Shown: piece by piece, positions 58,205-64,000 of the stretch
Numbering within the stretch: position 1 is the stretch's first letter
Layout: each line of letters opens with the position of its first letter
Assembly: GCA_963662315.1 (NCBI GenBank)
Contig: OY759353.1
Coordinates: 2,624,001-2,688,000 of the forward strand
Length of the DNA: 64,000 nucleotides
Direction of reading: 5' to 3'
Origin: Geopsychrobacteraceae bacterium
GTDB lineage: Bacteria; Desulfobacterota; Desulfuromonadia; Desulfuromonadales; Geopsychrobacteraceae
The notes under the pieces: model-generated
The model's input: the letters and a program-made list of their open reading frames with translations, nothing else
Database searches by the model: none
Told to the model about the DNA's origin: nothing
Translations under genes and position numbers: made by a program

Positions 58205-59661
58205 AGGCGTACCTCTTTCAGCAATAAATCATGACCGACCAGCGCACCAACAGTCAGATAGGCGGCGACAACGCCCCCGAGAAAGCCCGGCGCGGCCGTC
58301 CCCTGTCCCGACAGCCACAATCCGGGAATCCGGGTCTGAGCCTGAGGATTATACTGGCCAATATAATGGCCGGTTCCATAAATAGCCCCCTCTGGGGCCA
58401 CTGAATAATCGCGTAAAGTCAATGGCGTTGCCAGTGAAACAGCCTCCACACCGGTCAGTTCGGGGCAATGAAGCCTTATACTTTCAAGCAGCGCTGCGCT
58501 GACCCGTTGTTTATGCTCTGCATAGCCCGGGTTACGCCGATGGCCCGCAGCAAAGTGATCGACCTCGGAAAACGCTGCCGGAACAATCGCCACCAGCGAT
58601 CCTTCCCCTGGCGCAGTTTTGGTCAAGGTCAGATAGATACTTCGGGTCCCTAAGTCTTGTCCTCCTAAGGGCGTAAACAGACCGGGCTGCGGCTGCAGAA
58701 ACAGGTTGCGCCCGTTTAATAACTCACTGCCCCCCTTAACGGTAGCGAACAACAGATAGGCGGAGGACGTCTGTCTGAGATTAGCCAGCCGCTTGCGATA
58801 CACAGGTCTTACCGAACCTGACGGTAACAAGGCAGGAACCGTTGCCGGATTACAGGTGACAACAATCTCCTTCCCCGGTAACTGTTGTCCATCAGCTAAA
58901 GTCGCACCGGTCACGCCCCGGCTATCAACACCAACTGCAGTAACCGCCTGGCCACACAGTATTTCAACTCCGACACTCTCCAGCAAGCGCAACAAAGCAC
59001 TCACCAGGGCTCGTCCGCCCCCCCGAATTCCATGCACCGAATGATAATAGGACCCGGCGACCTGCATATTGAGCGCCACAGGTGCCTGTTCAGCAGGAAC
59101 CCCATACAGCAAACTGTGCATACTGAACAACGACTGCAGTTCTGGGCAACGCTCGAACTGGCGCAACTGATCAGCCAGGCTTTGCCCGTGCACCAGTGGA
59201 GCTGAAAAAGCCCCAAGCGGCACATCGGCAGCCAGATAGGGGAAATTGTTCCAGCCCTTCTCCAGCCCCTTCAGGTAAGCTGAAATTTCAGCGTCCAGCT
59301 GCGGAAAGCGCTGCCTGAGCACAGATTCAATTGCCCGGTAACCTACCGGCAGGGTCAGCGTTTCTCCGCTGTTCATGAAACGCACAGAGTCAAATCCGTC
59401 TGCGGCGTACGGAACCAGCTCTATTTCATTGGCCAGCCCAATATGGCGCAGCAGAGGAGCGAAACCGCCACCTTCACCCAGCCCCCCGGCATAGTGGAAC
59501 CCGGTATCAAAATAATGGCCGTTGCGTGAAAAACCACGCAACACCGGCGCGGGCACAGGATGTTGTTCGACCACAACCACCCGCCGTCCCTGGCGTGCCA
59601 ACAGTAGCGCGCAAGTCAGACCGGACAGTCCGGCGCCGATAACAATTGTGTCGTAATGCAT
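58195..59661 (-). CDS. FAD-dependent oxidoreductase, phytoene desaturase / retinol saturase family
   Basis: GAGLSG Rossmann motif, FDTGFHY, TPLT, GAIYG, LSGQ; start moved to ATG 59661. Confidence 0.85.
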   Translation of the reverse strand: MHYDTIVIGAGLSGLTCALLLARQGRRVVVVEQHPVPAPVLRGFSRNGHYFDTGFHYAGGLGEGGGFAPLLRHIGLANEIELVPYAADGFDSVRFMNSGETLTLPVGYRAIESVLRQRFPQLDAEISAYLKGLEKGWNNFPYLAADVPLGAFSAPLVHGQSLADQLRQFERCPELQSLFSMHSLLYGVPAEQAPVALNMQVAGSYYHSVHGIRGGGRALVSALLRLLESVGVEILCGQAVTAVGVDSRGVTGATLADGQQLPGKEIVVTCNPATVPALLPSGSVRPVYRKRLANLRQTSSAYLLFATVKGGSELLNGRNLFLQPQPGLFTPLGGQDLGTRSIYLTLTKTAPGEGSLVAIVPAAFSEVDHFAAGHRRNPGYAEHKQRVSAALLESIRLHCPELTGVEAVSLATPLTLRDYSVAPEGAIYGTGHYIGQYNPQAQTRIPGLWLSGQGTAAPGFLGGVVAAYLTVGALVGHDLLLKEVRLCR

Positions 59662-59668
59662 AAAGTTA

Positions 59669-60883
59669 TTAGCCGAACGCCAGAACCAGCGCCGAGTTGG
59701 TACCTCCAAAGCCTGCTGAATTGCACAACACCCTGGTTGGTGCCTGGGAGATGGTTTCACGGATAATATTCAGCCCGGCAGTTTCCTCAGCCGGCTTTGC
59801 AAAATTCAGATTGGGAGCAATAAAACCTTCCTGCGCCATAATTGTCGAGTAAACAACCTGTGAAGCGCCTGACATCCACAGCTCGTGACCGGTCATCGAC
59901 TTCAATGATGAAATCGGCGGGGTATTGGTCCCGAACACCTTGCGGATATTCGCCGCTTCGGCAGCGTCACCGGCAGGGGTGGAGGTTGCATGAGCACAGA
60001 GGTAATCTATTTCGCCAGCCGCCATACCGCTTTGTGCGAGAGCCATGATCATCGCACGACACAAGCCATCTTCACTGGGGACCGACAGCTGCTCGCCATC
60101 TGAAGAGAAACCATAACCGACCAGCTCGCCAAGGATTTTCGCCCCGCGTTGTTCGGCAAGATCGTAGCGTTCCAGAATGACCGTCGCCGCACCACCACTG
60201 GGCACCAGCCCATCGCGGTCGGCGTCAAAGGGGCGACATGCCGCAGTCGGATTATCAAGGCGCATGGAGAAGGCGCCCAAACCGTCAAAACTGCACATCG
60301 ACTGCCAGTTCAACTCCTGAGCACCGCCGCAGATCATCCGTTCCTGACGGCCCATCCGAATCAGGTCTGCAGCCTGACCAAGGGCATGACCGCCGCTGGA
60401 ACAGGCGGAACTAAGACTCCAGCACGCCCCTCTGGTTTTCAGCAGAGTGTTCAGGTTCATGGTCACCGAGGAGGTCATGGAGCGAAAAATCTGACCACTG
60501 CCGATGGCCTTGGTTTCCTTGCGCTCACGCAGGATATCGACCTGCTCGATCGCAGCCAGACAACTTGAATCACAGCCATAAAGCAACCCGGTCTGGTCAT
60601 TTTCGATGGCAGCGCCATCCAGGCCCGCCATAGCCAAGGCATCCTGCGCCGTTTTATAAGTCCAGACAGCAAAGTCTGGCATGCTTTTGCGCTGTTTTCG
60701 CGATAGTACCGACAGATCAAAGTCACGGATCTGGCCCGTCAACGGGCTACGGAAACCAAGTTCGACCCGCTGTGGATCAAGCACAATGCCCGACCGTCCC
60801 TCTCTAAGAGAAGTCCCAACACTTTGAATATCATTCCCCAGACAGGAAACTATGCCGATTCCAGTAATAGCGACTCTATACAA
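59669..60883 (-). CDS. Beta-ketoacyl-ACP synthase (FabB/F-like)
   Basis: SACSSG, AHATST, GHELWM, GFGGTN; probable TTG start at 60883. Confidence 0.92.
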   Translation of the reverse strand: MYRVAITGIGIVSCLGNDIQSVGTSLREGRSGIVLDPQRVELGFRSPLTGQIRDFDLSVLSRKQRKSMPDFAVWTYKTAQDALAMAGLDGAAIENDQTGLLYGCDSSCLAAIEQVDILRERKETKAIGSGQIFRSMTSSVTMNLNTLLKTRGACWSLSSACSSGGHALGQAADLIRMGRQERMICGGAQELNWQSMCSFDGLGAFSMRLDNPTAACRPFDADRDGLVPSGGAATVILERYDLAEQRGAKILGELVGYGFSSDGEQLSVPSEDGLCRAMIMALAQSGMAAGEIDYLCAHATSTPAGDAAEAANIRKVFGTNTPPISSLKSMTGHELWMSGASQVVYSTIMAQEGFIAPNLNFAKPAEETAGLNIIRETISQAPTRVLCNSAGFGGTNSALVLAFG

Positions 60884-60981
60884 ATTCTCAACCCTTTGAG
60901 GCAGTAGTGGACTACTTTTCATAGTCACCAAGACACGCAGCAAGATCTTTAAACAACCTGATCGTAGAGTATTCAGGCAGT

Positions 60982-61009
60982 CCTTGCGCCTTTGCGTCTT
61001 CGCGGTTAA
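60982..61009. repeat. Short degenerate tandem repeat (CTTTGCG-like x3)
   Basis: CCTTGCGCCTTTGCGTCTTCGCGGTTAA between fabG and the KS gene. Confidence 0.4.
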
Positions 61010-61018
61010 CGACTCTTG

Positions 61019-61747
61019 CTAGATATGAGCTCCACCATTGACCGCAAACACCTGGCCGGTAATATAACTGGCCCGTTCGGAGCATAAAAAGCCAACCAAG
61101 CCTGAAACTTCCTCGGGCAGGCCAACCCGGCCCAGAGGAATCATTGGCAGGATCTGTTCCATCGGCAGGTCGGCGGTCATTTCCGTGGCAATAAAACCGG
61201 GAGACACGGCATTGACCAGAATTTTACGCCGTCCGACTTCCGCTGCCAGAGAACGCGTTGCCCCGATCAATCCTGCTTTAGCTGCCGAGTAATTGACCTG
61301 CCCCGCCATACCGGTTTCTCCAGAGGTCGACACGATATTGATGATCCGCCCTTTACGCTTTTTCAGCATGCGCGCCAGCACCGGTCGCGTCACATGGAAA
61401 AAACCACCAAGGTGGACACTCAAGACATCATCCCAGTCCTTTTCACTCATCAACGCCAGAATCCCATCACGTGCAAACCCGGCATTATTAACCAGCACAT
61501 AGGGGGTATCCTGCTCAAGCAATGGTTCAAGTGCTGCTTCAACAGCTCCAATGTCAGCAACGTCAAAAGGCACCAGTGTCGTACTGCCACCTGCTGCTGT
61601 TATTTCAGCGGCTATGGTCTCGGCCGCCGCATGGTCACTGCGGTAGTTCAACCAGATATGAAAACCGTCCTGTGCCAGTTCACGGGCAATTGCGGCTCCA
61701 ATTCCCTTGCTGGCTCCAGTCACTAGTGCAATAGGTTTGTCCTGCAT
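61019..61747 (-). CDS. fabG: 3-oxoacyl-ACP reductase
   Basis: TGASKGIG, NNAG, YSAAK, PGFI.T; first gene of the biosynthetic operon. Confidence 0.92.
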   Translation of the reverse strand: MQDKPIALVTGASKGIGAAIARELAQDGFHIWLNYRSDHAAAETIAAEITAAGGSTTLVPFDVADIGAVEAALEPLLEQDTPYVLVNNAGFARDGILALMSEKDWDDVLSVHLGGFFHVTRPVLARMLKKRKGRIINIVSTSGETGMAGQVNYSAAKAGLIGATRSLAAEVGRRKILVNAVSPGFIATEMTADLPMEQILPMIPLGRVGLPEEVSGLVGFLCSERASYITGQVFAVNGGAHI

Positions 61748-61787
61748 GTGCTTATCAACTTTCCTGCGGTCAGAAATTCAATATAAC

Positions 61788-62345
61788 TTAACGTACGGCA
61801 GCAACCTTACCACTAGCGTCAAAATCAACGCCAAGAGTCCGGTAACGATTGGCCCAGTAAATCCAGGTGGCGGAGTCCAAAGAAGGAGTTTTGTGGGCCG
61901 CCGGATAGCCTAAGGCTGCCAGAATTCCAGCTTTTGTCATTCCGACATAAGCTTTCCCTTCTTTCATTCCCTTTTGATCAAGTTTTGATAATTTGCTGAA
62001 AGAGACTGGCTGAGCAGAGGTTATCAACTCAATGTATTCATCGGTCCCCATACCCATCCGCTTGCTATGGCATTCAAAACGAATACGCATTCCGTCAGCA
62101 CCATAGGTAAACTCAAACCCTTTACGATTCTTCTTGTCTATGGTAATTGCGCTACCCGCCGGTACAATGACATGCCCCGCGCCGGGATCGGTATAATTGG
62201 CGTAGCTGGCATTAGCAAGCCGCCCTTCTTTAACCTGAGCATGAATATTATATTTTGTGTAACGAACATCCGCTGCCATTGCAGCAGCACTGGTCCCCAA
62301 AAGAAATACTGCAACGAAACAAAAAGCCTTCACCCATGTTTTCAT
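61788..62345 (-). CDS. Secreted hypothetical protein with C-terminal SmpA/BamE-like motif
   Basis: RBS AGGGGG before ATG 62345; signal peptide ending AMA; GMTK..ILAALGYP...W.YW. Confidence 0.65.
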   Translation of the reverse strand: MKTWVKAFCFVAVFLLGTSAAAMAADVRYTKYNIHAQVKEGRLANASYANYTDPGAGHVIVPAGSAITIDKKNRKGFEFTYGADGMRIRFECHSKRMGMGTDEYIELITSAQPVSFSKLSKLDQKGMKEGKAYVGMTKAGILAALGYPAAHKTPSLDSATWIYWANRYRTLGVDFDASGKVAAVR

Positions 62346-62520
62346 ATTTCCCCCTTTATATGTGGGCACGCCATCGATCCGAAAATGAGCTATAGTAAGG
62401 ACTTGCGTCCAGATGATCAAGGAATTTTCCCGCCTCTTCGCAACTGACTGACGAAAGAGGCCTCTCCCTTGTAAAATTTCCATAGTCCCCCAGACATTTC
62501 CACCCCTTTTCAGGGGTATT

Positions 62521-63336
62521 TCACAGATTGAACTCTGCCCAGATTGGGCAATGGTCCGATGGTTTTTCCATAGCGCGCAGAGTGTAGTCAATTCCGGTAC
62601 CGACACACCGGGCGTTCAATGCTTCTGTTGCCAAAATCAGGTCGATCCGCAGTCCACGTTTTGGTTCCTGTTCGAACCCTTTTGAACGATAGTCAAACCA
62701 GCTGAAGCTGTCATTCCGGTCAGGATTAGCGTTGCGGTAGGTATCAACCAGCCCCCACCCCAGCAATTTTTCCAGCCATTCACGCTCCTCGGGTAAAAAG
62801 CTGCATTTGCCAGCCTTTAACCAGCGCTTGCGATTTTCTTCTCCGATACCGATATCACTGTCCTGGGGAGAAATATTCATATCACCCATGACGATGACAA
62901 GGTCCTCTGGGCTTGCCTGAGTTTCCAGGTAGCTCTGCAGGTTTGCATAAAAATTCATTTTATTAGGAAACTTTTCCGGATGATTGCGGCTTTCACCCTG
63001 GGGAAAGTAGCCATTTAAAACCCGTAGCAGCCGCCCATCGGGAAGCTTATGAGTCGTGATCAGCATGCGGCGCTGATGATTTTCCGCCTCTCCCGGAAAT
63101 CCTTTTTCAACACAGACAGGTGCCTGCCTGGAAAAGGTCGCTACCCCATAGTGCGCTTTCTGACCATGATGAATCATGTGATAGCCCAGCTCTGCCAACC
63201 CTTCATGAGGAAATTCACTATCGTGGACCTTGATTTCCTGCAGACCGATAATATCCGGAGAATGTTGTTCAACCAGGGCCTCAAGTTGATGAAACCTGGC
63301 ACGGATGCCGTTGATATTAAATGACACGATTTTCAC
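62521..63336 (-). CDS. xthA: Exodeoxyribonuclease III
   Basis: [30 protein letters not shown]. Confidence 0.95.
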   Translation of the reverse strand: MKIVSFNINGIRARFHQLEALVEQHSPDIIGLQEIKVHDSEFPHEGLAELGYHMIHHGQKAHYGVATFSRQAPVCVEKGFPGEAENHQRRMLITTHKLPDGRLLRVLNGYFPQGESRNHPEKFPNKMNFYANLQSYLETQASPEDLVIVMGDMNISPQDSDIGIGEENRKRWLKAGKCSFLPEEREWLEKLLGWGLVDTYRNANPDRNDSFSWFDYRSKGFEQEPKRGLRIDLILATEALNARCVGTGIDYTLRAMEKPSDHCPIWAEFNL

Positions 63337-63371
63337 TGATAGATCCTTTTCGGGGAATTAAAGCAACCTGC

Positions 63372-64000
63372 CTAGCGACACAAAAAACCGATGATCTCGG
63401 CCATAAAATCATTGCCATAACGCTGCAACTTGGTCTGTCCGACCCCGTTTATCTGAAGCATGGCATCCTTGTCCGTTGGTAAAGTTGCTGCCATTTCAGC
63501 CAGGGTCGCATCACCAAAGACAACGTAAGGCGGCACACCATCACGGTCGGCAATCTCTTTGCGCAGAACCCGGAGCTGATTGAACAGAGCCATATCATAT
63601 TCAAGTCCAACGATTTTCCGCTCCACTTTCTTTTTCCGTTCCGGCTTGTTTCTTGGCAAGGTCAATTCAAGGGATACTTCACCGCGTAACAGGGGGCGCG
63701 CCGTTTCCGTCAACTTCAATACCGAGTAATTGGCGATATCCTGTTCCAGGTAGCCATAATGGATCAACTGACGGATCAGGTGGCTCCAGTGATCATTGCT
63801 CTTATCCCGGCCGATACCATAGGTAGACAAACGGTCATGGCGTAAATCGAGGAGTCGCTGACTTTTCGACCCACGTAACACCTCAACAACATGTCCGATC
63901 CCAAACCGCTGCTCGACACGAAACACACAGGATAAAGCTTTACGGGCATCCTCCGTGGCATCATAGCGCTCTGGCGGATTCTGACAGGTGTCGCAGTTAC
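63372..64000 (-). CDS. recQ: DNA helicase RecQ, C-terminal RQC and HRDC domains (5' end beyond window)
   Basis: CDTC..P...YDATEDARKALSCVFR, QRFG, LSTYGIG, VPPYVVF.D.TL.EM, GVG..KL.RYG. Confidence 0.92.
   Translation of the reverse strand, partial: NCDTCQNPPERYDATEDARKALSCVFRVEQRFGIGHVVEVLRGSKSQRLLDLRHDRLSTYGIGRDKSNDHWSHLIRQLIHYGYLEQDIANYSVLKLTETARPLLRGEVSLELTLPRNKPERKKKVERKIVGLEYDMALFNQLRVLRKEIADRDGVPPYVVFGDATLAEMAATLPTDKDAMLQINGVGQTKLQRYGNDFMAEIIGFLCR

Overview
Gene-dense bacterial chromosome segment. The gene content suggests an anaerobic deltaproteobacterium (Desulfuromonadales-like; inference only). There are four blocks. (1) 1-9 kb: a TolC/MFP/RND efflux operon running off the left edge, a multi-PAS hybrid histidine kinase and a PNPOx-like protein. 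(2) 9-27 kb: a hydrogen island. One minus-strand run encodes a Tat-exported [NiFe]-hydrogenase whose motifs resemble group 1a/[NiFeSe] enzymes but with Cys in place of Sec, plus HybA/HybB, followed by a cytoplasmic group 3b-type hydrogenase with fused beta+gamma subunits. Upstream lie a sigma54-like promoter, a repeated 17-bp palindrome, an NtrC-family activator and a divergent hypABCDEF operon. (3) ~27.5-61.7 kb: a ~33 kb type II FAS/PKS cluster of the aryl-polyene/flexirubin (APE-DAR) kind. It encodes an ammonia-lyase, an aryl-CoA ligase, 4 intact FabB/F-type KS, 2 CLF-like proteins, a DarB-like KS, 3 ACPs and export/outer-membrane genes. It also carries four B12-binding radical SAM enzymes and has no recognisable DarA; this is the best candidate for an undescribed system. 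(4) Right end: a secreted protein, xthA and a partial recQ. No rRNA, tRNA, CRISPR array or transposase was recognised. All calls come from reading motifs by eye; no searches were run. Several start codons were moved downstream of the ORF-track starts on RBS, gene-overlap or homology grounds.
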